A stretch of DNA of 64,000 nucleotides, from contig NC_087454.1 in assembly GCF_036321535.1 (NCBI RefSeq), forward strand, positions 20,460,001 to 20,524,000, read 5' to 3'. Shown here piece by piece: positions 52,376 through 64,000 of the stretch. The notes beneath the pieces were generated by a model, which was given only the letters and a program-made list of their open reading frames with translations, did not search any database and was not told the origin of the DNA. The number at the start of each line of letters is the position of its first letter. Positions within the stretch are counted from its first letter, which is position 1. This DNA is from Camelus dromedarius (Eukaryota). Made by a program: the position numbers and the translations under genes.

Positions 52376-55300
52376 TTATTTCTGACCCTCACCTCCCGCA
52401 TTTAAGGGTACTATCTGGTGGGCTGGGGAACACCAGGCAACTTGAGGGGATCCCCGCTCCGGGGACGGAGTAAGGCAGGGAGGCGGGATTGGAGTGTTGG
52501 AGGCGGGGCCGCAGGCTCCTAGGGCCACCCAATTGCAGGGCCAGTCATCAGCTGAGGCCACACCCCCGCTCCCGGCCGCGACCCCGGATCTTCCTCGCTC
52601 TATTGCAGGGTTGGGTCGAGGCCCGCGCATGCCTGTAGAAAACCTACGGCCGCGGAGGGGCGGGCCGCCTCCTGCTGCTCCTTTCGATAGGCTCCGGCTA
52701 TGCGAATAGGCCCCGCCCCCACGCGCGGCCAAGTCTACGGACAAAGTCCGAGCTTGCGGACAGGCTCCGGCCGACAGCGTCCGGCAGCGCGGCAGAGCCC
52801 CGCCCCCGCGCGGGGGCACGCTTCCCGACGGAGTTCTCGCGCTCTGGTAAGCGCCGACCTCGCGGCCCGGCGTGGCTTTGTGACGCGCCTCCAGTGGTCC
52901 CGCCCCTTCCAGCAACGTCAGCAGATCCCAGTGGTTTCGCTGGCGGGCGATGTCCCCGGGCGCTAGCCCGGCCTGGTCCCGCAGCCCTCGGGCCGCCCCC
53001 AGCTCCAGCAGCAGCTGGGCTACCTCCACTGCCCCTTCCCGGGCCGCCAGGAACAGCGGCGTCTGCTCCTGCGAGGGAGGAAACAACCAGGGGGCGAGGT
53101 CAGGGAAGGCCACGCCCCACAGGGCTGGCCCTCCTCCTGCTCGACCGCTGGCCCCTCCCCCTTCAGGTTTTGCGGAGTTCCCGCGCGTTTCACTTCTCCT
53201 GGCCCGTTTTATTGCGGGGAGCCCTCTACCCGGTCTAACCCTGCCATCCTGTGCGTCTTTATCGGCTCCGGCCTGGAGAAGGGAGCGGGCGGCCCTGGCG
53301 TTGTTCACGGCGGCGGCCCAGTGCAGCGCGGTTTTTCCTAGGGGACGACGTGGGAGGTTGTTAACCCGGAGGCTGGGGGCCAGTCGCCTGGGTTCCTGTT
53401 TCCCACGGATTCTGGTCTTGGGGGAAGGGCTATTCGGCCTGCCGGGTACCTCAAAAGCGGAAGCGTTGCCCGGGTGACCGCCGGCCTGCAGGAAGCGTTG
53501 CCCCTGGTGACGTCACCGGCGCGCGGGAGGGACAATGGGGCATTGTTCTGGGGTCGGTGGGACCGGCAGACCACCTCCCTCCCACGAGACCCTTCCCCCT
53601 TCTCAGACATTTCCCGCATCCTAGTTCCCAGTGGACTAGAGCAGTGTGTGTGTTTTTGAGGATGGTGAGGAAGACTCACGTTCTGTGTACTGCCACCGCA
53701 CCGCAGGTTTACCACCCTCACAGCAGAGTGGGAGGGAATGCCCCAGCCTCCAGCTGGTCCCTCTGCTGCCCCCCTCCTTGGCATCTTACGCCCCATTTGC
53801 TCAACTTCTTTATAGCACAACATCAGCTTCCCCAGATCCATACCCCATTTATCTTTGGCCCCCACATCTGCTTTGGCTGCAATCAGTTCTTCAACCAGGT
53901 CCTCAACAGCCAGCCTGGCAGCCAGCATCAGGGCTGTGGTCCCATCCTCTGTCCGTGCATCCACTAAGGTCTGTCTGCTGCGGAGTAAGAGCTAGGGGAG
54001 CCAGAGAGGGCCAGTGATCCTTGGTATATCTGGACTTCTAGCTAAGGTTTATCACACTGTTAACCACCCACCAGTCCGTATTCAACCATCTGTTCTTGTT
54101 TCCCTTTCAGTCCCCAATCTCACATCACCTTCCTCTGCCAAACCCTTGAGGATGCTTTTGCCTGACTTTAGTTGCAAGTTTGCCCCGTTTCCTTTAGCGA
54201 CTCCATTGTGCACTGACTGACCTGGCAAACCTCCCGGGCATCAGCAGCCACAGCGGTGTGAAGAGGGGTGCGCCCTGCCCGGTCAGGCTGGTTGGGGTTG
54301 GCTCCTGCCTCAAGGAGGCGGCGGGCAGCGGTTGGTCGGGAGAATCGGGCAGCTAGGTGCAGGGGAGTCTCCCCAGTGCCCAAGGTGTGAACCTGGGGAC
54401 AGGCCCCTCCACCCAGCAGAGGTTCCCAGGGCTCAGGGCTTCCTAGCCATGTCCCCTGATAGGTCCTGGACTCCACTCCCCCACAGCAGACTGCTGACAT
54501 CAGGGGTGTCACCCCATCTGTGTGTAAGAGACATGAGGAATGGGAGACAAATCAATCAAAAGGACATAACTGGGGGAGGGGAGAACACGGAGGCTCAGGG
54601 AAAATCACAGCCTGAGGTGTTGGGAAGCCCAGCTTGGGCTCACAATTTTGTGTGGCTTTAATCAAATGACTTTCCTTTTCTCTGGACTTCGGTTTCCTGA
54701 TTTGTAAAAGGAAGCAACAGGCCATAGTACTCTCACCCTAAGGCAATGGTTCTCAAACTTGAGTCCTGGATCAGACTCACCTGCAGGGCTTGTCAGTATT
54801 TTGAATTTCTGAATCAGTAGCTGTGGAGTGGAGCCTGAGAATTTGTATTTCTAACAATTTCCCTGGTGATGCCGATTCTTCTGTCTGAGAATGACTGCTC
54901 TAAAACACTAACTCTAACATTAGTTTCTCCAGTTCTGATAGCAAAGGGTTTTCTGATTCTAAAACGGTCAGAGGGAGTTTTCATTTTCTTGGTCTGAGTT
55001 GCATACATACCAGGTCCACGGGTGTCCACGTCAGGGACGTCCAGTTCAGATTCCTGGGGAGGAGTCAGCATGGCTGCCTGGGGGAGCTCCTGACAGTCAC
55101 CACTTAGAGGCCAGAGCTGGCACTTGGAAGGTGAGGCCATTTCTTCAGCCTTGGGGATCAGAGCAAGGATCAGTGAAGTGGCGCTGACTTTTCTCTTCAA
55201 CCCTTCCATCACCTTGGGACCATTCCTGCCCCAGTGCCTTCACCTGGCCCACCTCCTCTCCTTCCTCGGGGCCTGAGCACATCACAACTCCATCTTCATC

Positions 55301-58300
55301 AACTTCTCCCTCTGGTTTCAGTGCCCTGGAAGGAAGAGGGTGGGTGGGTAGAGAACCTTCAGGGTCTCTAAGATTTCCAGCAGCCTTCCTCCTCCCTCAC
55401 CTTTCTTGTCTTCAGCTTCTGCAATAGCATCTCTCATTGCTTCTGATCATAAATACCTCCATGGGAAAGAGCCCCCACCCTGAGTCCCGGTTCTTCCTCA
55501 CTCTCACTTGAGGCCGATGCTGTCCTCGCCCAGAGGGGGCCGGCGTCGGCGGGGAACTGGCTGAGTCCGAGGCCTTCGAGTGAACCCAGGGGGCAGCCAG
55601 AGGGCCCCATGCTCTCGGCGCCGCCGGCGGATGAGCTGGAGGACAAGCAGGGCCCCGAGAGCCAGGAGAAGCACCCCGGCCACCGGTGAGCACAGTACAG
55701 GCCAGGGAAGCTGGTTGGCGGGGGGCACTGGTGGAAGAGACACAGTCAGGAAAAGAGGCCATTCCTGGTGGGGCTGGGTACTCCTGTGAGACTTTGGGCA
55801 AGTGCAGTCACCTCTTTTTGCCACAGTTCCCTCAACTGTAAAATGGGAATAGTAAGAGTACTTCCCTCATGGGGTTGTTGGGAGGATTAAATGAGTTAAT
55901 ACTGTAAAATGCTTAGACCGAGGCTGGCACATAGTGCTATTAAGAGTTATTATTCTTTCATGTATTACCAACTGTTTGACGTGGGGATGATTGGATACTC
56001 TTGGTCTCGTAGAGAGGACAGACCGGAACCCAAGGTTTGTGGGAGGTGTACGATAGAGGTTAGGCTAAAGTACTTGGGGAAATAAGGAAGGAGACTGCAG
56101 AGCAAATGGGCCATGAGGAGATCTAGTTAGAGAAGGAGGTTAACAAGGGTAAGTCTCCATAAAGAACACTTGGGGTCCCAGCGATTCTGTTTCATTTGAT
56201 CTCCATTGCTGGTTGTTGGCATGAAAGCTAGCCCGGGAGCAAAGTGAGGGGAAATGATAGGGGGTCACCTACCGGTGTCTGCACGAGGGTGGGCAGCCAG
56301 CAGGGGTCCTGGCAGTAGGGGTTCCAGGGCCCCCACTGCGGCCATCGCAGCAAGGAAGCGGAGCAGGAGCCCAGGGTCCCAGGGACAGCGGGATGCAGGG
56401 TGGTCCGGGCCACAGTGGGACAGATCCACACCCATCACCACCACGAACCTGTGGGGAAGGCACCTCAGAGGCCCCTGTGTTGGTCCCTGGCTCCCTTCCC
56501 TCCATGGGTAAAAAAACTAATGTCTGCCCGCTGCCCCCAGCTTCTTACCCAGTGCTGTGGGAGTCTGTCTCCTTGCCTACAGGCTGTGTTTGAGGGGCTG
56601 CTCTCTGGTGAGAGGGGTCTGGGGTTCCTCCTAACTCCTCTTCGGCCTGGGCCCCAGGATAGGGGTACACCATATCCCTGCCGTCACTATCCTTTCTCAC
56701 CCAGAGCCCTACCCTCAGAGTCAGGGACAGCACCCGGGCCAGGGCACGCAGCTGCTGGTCCAGGGTTGAGGGGTTCAGCACCACCAGCAGGGCCAGGGAG
56801 GGCCCCCACTCTGCATCCCCGTCTCTGGGCCTGCAGTCACCCCCATCCCAGCCACATTCTGCAGTGTTGCAGCCCTTCTCGCAGTGTCCGTTGTGGAAGT
56901 GATCGTGGCAGTACTGGTCGTAGGCTGGTCTGTGGGGTGAGGAGACAGGGACTCAGGACCCCCAAGGAAACCTGACTCCCTCATCCCAGAGAGGATTCCT
57001 GATATTCCACGGCCTCTAGGGCTCTGGTTGTTAAGTGGGGGCAGCTCTGGGGCAGTGGGCTTAGTCCCTGGATGGTAGGTAGTCCAGATACCCTAATATC
57101 TGCTGACACCCTTGTTTCCTAGGACCATCCCCTAGGTCCCCATAGGTCCCCCAGGACCGTTCCCAGAAAACACTCTGCAGCTAATCTCCCTCCCTTGGGA
57201 CCCTCCCAAGCTCTCCTGTCTCCCTGAAGGGGAGCCCTTTTCCCTTAGGGGTGCTGGTTGCTAGGGGAGATCCTCCACAGCAACAGGGCTTAAAGAGAGA
57301 GCTTGAGATCAGAGCTCCCACATCCCTCAGAGAGGAGCCCAGACAGAGGCAGCGCCCTCTTTCCTGGTCCCCACATTAAATATTTATGCTGCCCCCATTC
57401 CCTCGGGTTAGAGTCCAGCATCTTATACCCCTACTTAGCAATGGGTATTAGGGTAGACTCTCCCTGGGGCTTGAGGCTGTGGTCACCCTGTAACTCAGAG
57501 ACCTCTGTGTCCTTCCTCCTGCCTCCCTGCCACCTCCCCCCCCCCCCCCAGCCCAAGGCAGGGCTTCAGGCTCACGTGCAGGCTGGAGGAGTCTCACAGT
57601 CGTAGCCATCAAACAAACACTCTTCAGAGTCACACTGTGGGTGGCACTGCCCATCCCGGAAGAGAAGCCAGCACCGAGAATGGGAGGGGCAGCCCTTCCA
57701 GGGGTCTGGGACCCCCAGGGAGCAGTCCCCCCCATCCCAGTTTCCTCCTGGGCCACTGCAGCCAGCGTCACAGGCCCCATCTCCACCTCTACCCTCACAT
57801 CCCTTTGCTCCGGGCCTCTGACACCGGGGCCCTGGAGAGCTGGGAGGGCAGGAGCATCGAAAGCCTGGGGCCCCCAGCCCAGGCGTCTCTGAGCAGCTGC
57901 CATTGTGTAGGCATGGAGAAGGAGGGCCGCAGCCTTGAGGAGCGGGTGGGGTCAGGCAGTCAGGGCCCCCATAACCACTGAAGCAGGCACAGCGGGGCGG
58001 GAATCCAGACTTGGGGGAGGGCAGACAGAGGCCACCGTGGTGGCAGTGATGAAGGCCGCAGGAGGGGGCTCTTTGGCTACAGGTGGGGCCTTCAAAACCC
58101 TGTGGAGAGGAGAGATATTGGTGAAGGACCTTGTATTCTTCCCACTTCCTCTCAAGCAAATTCCTGGGTTAAGATAACTCAGAGGATCCTAGATTCTCAT
58201 CTGGAAGGGGCCTCAGAATATTAAGTTCATTTTACAGATCCCCCCCCCCCCCCACAGTGGCATACTACATAGTGGGGGAGAAGGATGGACCACAGCTCTA

Positions 58301-61300
58301 CACAACTACATGGGTGACTCACCATGCAAGTCCTGGAAGACTGTTAATAGAGTGATAGTAATTGAACTAGCACTATATTATCTTAATCCTTGGAGATAGG
58401 ATTGTATACTTTCTCTTCTGGATAGAGGAGGACATAAGTATATGAAAGTTATTGTTAATATTGTAATTCCTTGGTTTGGTTCATGGGTGTTATCTTTTTA
58501 AAAATTTTTTATTTTTCAGGGATATTATCTTGTAAGTATAATAAAGTAAAAGAAGGCTGTGCAGAAACCAGTGTTAGTTTGTACGTTAGTGTATCAAGAA
58601 CCAAGTTTTTAAGATTAACCCAGTTTGGTGCATCTGAGGTCAATAAACAAATACACAGAGTTAAAAGAATTTATCCAAGGTCATCCAGCTTGACCTGGGG
58701 GAACCTTCCCTTAGGCAATGCCCATACTTCTGATAATTCCATTCATGCTCCCACTGGATTCTGCCTTTCCCCACTACTGCTTCTGAGAGCCACTTACCAC
58801 TGTGAACATGAGACAGTTTTCTTCAATAATTCCCACTCCGGTGCTCCGCCAGGTTCTGGCTCAGACATTCTCACCTTGCGTCAGCATCGGGGCGACAGAG
58901 AAAGCAGCTCTGTGGTCACTCACCTGGGGGCAGTGGCAGGTGAATCCTGGGGGTGGTCCTGGTGTGGTCTCACAAGACCCTCCGTGGGAGCAGGGCTGGC
59001 TCTGGCAGGGGTCTATCTCCTGTTCACACAACTGGCCTGGGGGCGGGGGTGGGATTAAACATAACTCTCTACTTCACTGGCTGCCTCCTTCCTAGCGCAT
59101 TCCTGGGAGTCAGCCCAGCACTGGCTGCACAGACAAAGGGATCATGGGGCATATTCTCTGGGGGGGGGGCATGGAGGCAGGGGGATAGACCAGATGACTA
59201 GGCTGCCTCGTGGGTGGGGATTGTCTGGGTTTCCATGGTCAGTTCAGCTGTGCACAGAGATGCCTACACCCCTCGTCCCAGGCCTTACCTGTGTGTCCGG
59301 GCAGACACTGGCAGTAGAAGGCATTGGCCAGAGAGTGGCAGGCTGCAGTGCCTGTGGGGTGACAGGGCCGGTCCAGACACTCATCCACGTCCCCCTCACA
59401 GCGCAGCCCCACAAAGCCTGGAGGGCAGGCACAGTGGAAGCCTCCAGGTTTGGGGGTGCAGGTCCCATGGTTGTGACAGGGCTGGGATTGACAAGCGTCG
59501 GGCTCCTTTGAGCAGTTCTGTCCACTGTAACCTGGTGCACACTTGCAGGCAAAGAGGGTCAGACAGGGAACCAGTAAATGAGCCCATCCTGGCACCGTAG
59601 GGGACTAGCTCAAGATAGTCTGCCTAGCTCCCCGCCTCCAGCTCAAACCATCACTCAGCTCAGCATCCATCACAGCCATGGTAGCTTAACCCTTTATCTC
59701 AACTCCACATGATACACAGTTGTTCAATAATATGAAACGTAATCCCTTCCCAGCCACAAACAATCTCTATGCTACATTGCCAGTAAATATAGTTCCGTTT
59801 TTGGTCAAACCTTCCTCCCTCAACCACACACCCACCGGGCTCTGTCATGCTTTATTAATTAATTTATAAACCTTCATCGAATGCCTACTTTGTGCCAGGC
59901 ACCGTTTTAGGCACTAGGAATACAAAGAAAATTAGAACACATCCCTGCTTTCATGAAGTCCTCAGTCAACCAGAGGAGAGAGGCAGCTAGAATTTATTGC
60001 ATGCTTTGTGTATATAACCTCACAAACCTTCCCAACAACCCTCTACATGGGCCATCTCATTTGATTCTCACTTTACAGAAAAAGGAAACTAATTCCTTGA
60101 CTTGGGCAAACCACACAGCAGTAGGTGGTAGGCCAAGTCAAGGACCCCATAGCTGATGCCTTAACCGTTTTCCAGTTGTTTCAGATCTTTCTGCTAGTGA
60201 GAGAGGGCCATTGATGAGGGCTGTACCACGTGCAGAGTTCTTGCAGGGGGAAGGAGGGTATGTGAGAATGGAGTCCCAACAGGGCTTCAGAAATATGATG
60301 GAGAAAAAGGGATTCATAGAGAATCTGAGGAGCTGCCAGAGGGCTGGAAGAAGCAGGCAAGGGGGGTGTCTTGGAAACTTTGGGAAGAAGGAGTTTCATG
60401 GGCAGGGAAGCAGAGCTGAGTATTAGGTGTATGAGGGTTCACTGCTAATCAGCACACTGCTTTTGTGTCAGTTTGAAAATGCTCATAAGAATAAGGTAAA
60501 AAATAAAATTTAACAGTTAGAGAAAAAGGGCAGTTGGTGGACCTGCCTCATGCCTTCTAGCCAAAGTCGTGGTTCTGAGTACAAGGATCAGGTTGCTTGG
60601 ACTTGAACCCCAGCTTTGCCTCCCTCTCCTGCTCGGTGACTCAAACCACCAAGGAGGGGCCGTAACCCAGTCTGGAGAGAAGTTCGGGACATTTTCCTGA
60701 GGCAGACGCTTCTGGGGCACCATCCATTGGGAGAGGGGTGAGGAATGCCATCAAAGAGCCAGTTTGGGGTGGGGGGAAGCCAGCAGCAGTTTTGTGTTGC
60801 AGGAGTAAGGGAGGAGGGCGGGGGTGGGGAGAGATGAGGCCGGAGAGGCAGGCGGGGCTGGGTCACACAGGGCTTTGGACTTCATTGTCAAAGAGGTGGG
60901 CAGCCACTGAAGGGTTTTAAGTAGGGGAGCGACAGGTCAGCTTAATATTTTCAACGAAGCTCCCTGGTAGTGGCGCAGAGGCTGAACATTTAGGAGGACA
61001 AGTGTGAGGCTGGACGATAGTTAGGAGGCTGAGATCTGGGTGGAAGGCAGTGAAGGCCTGGACAAAGGCAGGGCGATGAGGGTGCGGGTGCAAGGACAGA
61101 GCTGAGAAGTACTAGGAGGTAAGCAGCACGACTCGGTGGTTGGTGGGATGTGTGGGGGAAGTGAAAGGAAAATGCCCCATCCTCCATTCTGACCCACGAC
61201 TGCCATTTCCCACAGCCAGCCCACCTTTGTCTCCCGCAGCTCCTCTAGACCCTCTCACCTGGCAGAGATAACCATTGGGTTGGGCCACGCAGGTGGCCCC

Positions 61301-64000
61301 GTGCTGGCAGGGCCTGGACTCACATGGGTTCACCCTGTCCTGGCAGGTACTGCCTTGGAATCCGGGGGGACAGTGGCAGAAGTAGGAGGGGCCGTTGTCA
61401 ATGCAGATGCCTCCATTCTGGCACAGGGAAGAGATTTCTGTGCCTGGGAAGAGAGACAAACGGGGACTGATAAAGCTAAATGGGGTGGAAGATGCTCAGG
61501 GGCCCCAGACGCTGAGCAGAGAGGAGAGTGGGGGCCACTAACATTCCTGGAAGCCTGAGGAGTCAGTAACTCCTGACGCTGAAGAGGTTAAAATACCAAG
61601 TTCCCCCTCCTGCCTGTTTTGTCAGATGGAGAGGAATACCTCTTCTTTGGCTTATCAGAGCATTATAAGCAGCTGTATTCTTGGCTTTAAAGAAATCTCA
61701 ACTGCCCTTTTTCTCTAACTGTTAAATTTTATTTTTAAGGTGGGGGCATGTGACTTAACTAATGGCCTGTCTGTCCCCTGGGTTTTGCATCCTCGCATAT
61801 TCTCTCCCAGTGATTCCCACTGACCATCCCCGGACCCCACAATAGTCTCCTGAGTTCTTCTCATATCAAAATTTATTTGATCAAGGCGGGGGTGGTATTC
61901 TTGTACCAGGGGTTGGCATAACATCCAAGTGAGCAGGGCATGGTGAAGTATGTTGAGCATAGTTGGGTTAAATGTGGTTCACTGCAGTTGAGTTATGGTG
62001 ATAATGGCAATGTTGAGTTGTTCCACACTTTCTGTCCCAGGTGGTTGTGTTAAATAGGAGTCTCGTCGACTGGGCTGGTTGATGTTGCTTGAGTTGTGTT
62101 GAATGTGGTGCTAGGAGCTGAGTTGTGCTAGGCTGTCCTGGGTGTTGAGCTGTGGCACCGTGACTGGTTGGTCTGTGTTACTTGGACTCTTGGTTGTTTG
62201 GCTGAATGTTGTGTGTGGATGTCCTTAGGGATGAGGTAGAGGAGGACACCCTTTTCTCTCCATCTGCTCCCTAGTCGGTCCTTGGGTTGGTACCTTGGCT
62301 CAGAGCAGCCCTCTGGCAGGAGGACAGCGGAAGGTTGCAGAGAGGCCCAGTCCATCCCTGGAGGCACAGGCACTGGAAGGAGGGCCCAGTCTGGATGCAG
62401 TGGGAATTGTGTGGGCAGGGCTTCTGGGCACATAAGTCCATCAGCGTCTGAGGGTCAGGAGGGAGCATGAGGCAGGAAAGAGCATCAGGTTCGGAGATGG
62501 TCCTCTGCCAGCTCCTCAAACTCCCTTATCTCTAAAACTCTTTCCTGGATGGTCTGGGACCAGGTTACCCTCTCTGGTTTCCTCTGATACTCACATCCCA
62601 GAATAGTCCCTGGGATCAGAAATCCTCTCAGTCCTTCAACTCCATACAAATCTCAAGTTAGACCCCAACTCCTAGACTCCCAAACCTCCTTTCATGTGGA
62701 CACCTCTCCTAAGCTTCCCTGCTGCCCACCTTTTAATACCTGAGACCCTCTCCCTGGAGCTCTCTAGCCACCCCCTCCTCAGCACACCTGGCTCAGTGCC
62801 CCTCACCTGGCAGCTACCTCCTGTGTAGCCAGGGGGGCAGAGGCAGTGGGGACCCTGAGGGCCATCTTGGCAGGTTGCCCAGTTCCTACAGGGGCTGGAT
62901 AAGAAAGAAGGCGTGGTAGGAGGAGGGTCTGGGAAACAAGGGGAGGGAGTGTGTGATTCTGGGGGGGCAGGAGGGCCTCGGTGAGGGGGAGGGGAAAACA
63001 GGAGGGAGGGCGGAGTGAGAGGGTGTGGGGTATAGGAGGAGAGGCAGCATGGAGCCCCGGAAGAGATGGAGAGGCAGGGTGGGAAGGGCTCCCTCCCTTC
63101 CTCCAGGGGTCTCTGTGCCCTGCTCACCTGTCTGCGCAGCTGGGACGGATCCTCCCCTCACAGCGTGGGCCCTGGAAGCCCGGGGCACAGAGGCAGGAGG
63201 AGGTGCCGGGCCTATTCACACAGGTGCCCCCATTGAGGCACGGTGCTGGAGAGAGGAGGCTGTGAGGGGTTGGGTTCCCTGCCTGTAACCTGGCCTGTGA
63301 CCTCAGTCACACTGCACACAGGACAGCGCTCCCACCGCCACTTCCTCACCCAAACGCCGGCTTGCGGCATCCAGTTAAGTTTTTAAAAATTATGGCACAA
63401 ACATACCCTGACCAATTTCTGCATTGTCCTGTGGCCCAGCCCCAGACACGGTGGGCACTCACCAGAGGCACAGTGGTCGACGCTGATCTGGCAGCGGAGC
63501 CCAGTGTGGCTCGGAGGGCAGGTGCAGGAGTAGCCCCCAGGGCTGGGGCTGCAGGAACCACCATTGAGACAGGGCCCTGAGTGACAAGCTGTCACCTCCT
63601 CGCTGCACGTGGGCCCTGAGGGAAGTGGGTAGGGTCTGAGAAGGGGACTTGTCCTTTTCTCCTCTCTTCCTCCTCTTCCCTTTCTCTTTCCTTCCCCTCC
63701 TCATCCCTATCACCACTCTTCTCCCCCACCCAACCTCTCTTCTTTTGTCACCACCTCCCACACATCACCCATGTCCCCTGCTGCCCGTGCCCAGTTCTTG
63801 GTGGTGACTGAGACCCAGAGCCCCTGGACACAGGCCTCCACTGGTCTTGCCCTTGATTTAGAGGGTGGTCATCCCAGGGTATGTGTGGTTTAGGGAGCAG
63901 CTCACCTGTGAAGCCTGTGGGGCAGGTGCAGTTGTAGCCAAAGGGCTGGGGGTGGCAGGTCCCTCCATGGGCACAGGGCGTGGAGACGCAGCCCCCCAGC
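52376..64000 (-). CDS. NOTCH4: NOTCH4 receptor, 3' part (EGF repeats, LNR, HD, TM, RAM, ankyrin, C-terminal tail); 5' exons lie beyond the window
   Basis: Exons in transcription order: 64000-63906 (partial), 63615-63463, 63245-63128, 62894-62807, 62447-62294, 61443-61259, 59541-59289, 59036-58924, 58099-57576, 56929-56549, 56448-56273, 55727-55508, 55325-55244, 55149-55011, 54517-54222, 53991-53844, 53337-53240, 53068-52376; frames consistent; [33 protein letters not shown] (RAM WxP), [23 protein letters not shown]. Confidence 0.97.
52480..53600. promoter_or_regulatory. Intragenic CpG island over NOTCH4 intron 28 to last exon
   Basis: Sharp rise in CpG density; contains X-boxes and a CRE palindrome; boundaries approximate. 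Confidence 0.7.
54744..54897 (+). mobile_element. MER5A hAT DNA transposon in a NOTCH4 intron
   Basis: caatggttctcaaactt...gagcctgagaatttgtatttctaacaatttccctggtgatg...tgagaatgactg. Confidence 0.75.
55790..55960 (+). mobile_element. MIR SINE in a NOTCH4 intron
   Basis: ctttgggcaagt...cagttccctcaactgtaaaatgggaatagtaa..gttgttgggaggattaaatgag MIR core. Confidence 0.7.

Noticed and set aside
52375-52380. AATAAA overlapping the NOTCH4 stop codon, plus ATTAAA at 52330-52335
   Set aside because: A canonical distal signal exists at 51793-51798; overlap with AAA-TAA-A is easily coincidental without 3'-end data
53459-53560. MHC class II-type S-X-X2-Y enhanceosome module
   Set aside because: An X-box and CRE are present, but there is no CCAAT Y box at the required spacing (only ACAAT), and the symmetric X-boxes fit RFX1-3 better than RFX5

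Overview
Mammalian genomic DNA from the end of the MHC class III region nearest class II. Genes in order: PRRT1(-), PPT2(+), EGFL8(+), AGPAT1(-), RNF5(+), AGER/RAGE(-), PBX2(-), GPSM3(-) and the 3' half of NOTCH4(-; exons ~13-30, runs off the right edge). The first ~10 kb is repeat-rich intergenic DNA (L1, L2, MLT1, MER5, an LTR). I traced every visible coding exon with canonical GT/AG boundaries and continuous frames and found no frameshift or premature stop. Seven N-runs of 140-227 bp hide parts of exons, but flanking distances fit intact exons. Four tRNA-Ala(AGC)-derived SINEs resembling camelid vic-1, plus a 287-aa artiodactyl-type AGPAT1, suggest a camelid (inference). I found no wholly new gene system. 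The best candidates for undescribed biology are: (1) loss of the esRAGE stop codon in AGER intron 9; (2) a tandem RFX X-box plus palindromic CRE cassette in NOTCH4 intron 28 that could drive a short germ-cell transcript; (3) a strong splice donor just behind the PPT2 polyA signal; (4) a strong-Kozak uORF in AGPAT1; (5) a 12-box CCAAT array in the AGPAT1/RNF5 bidirectional promoter. Human and mouse comparisons are from memory and need database confirmation.
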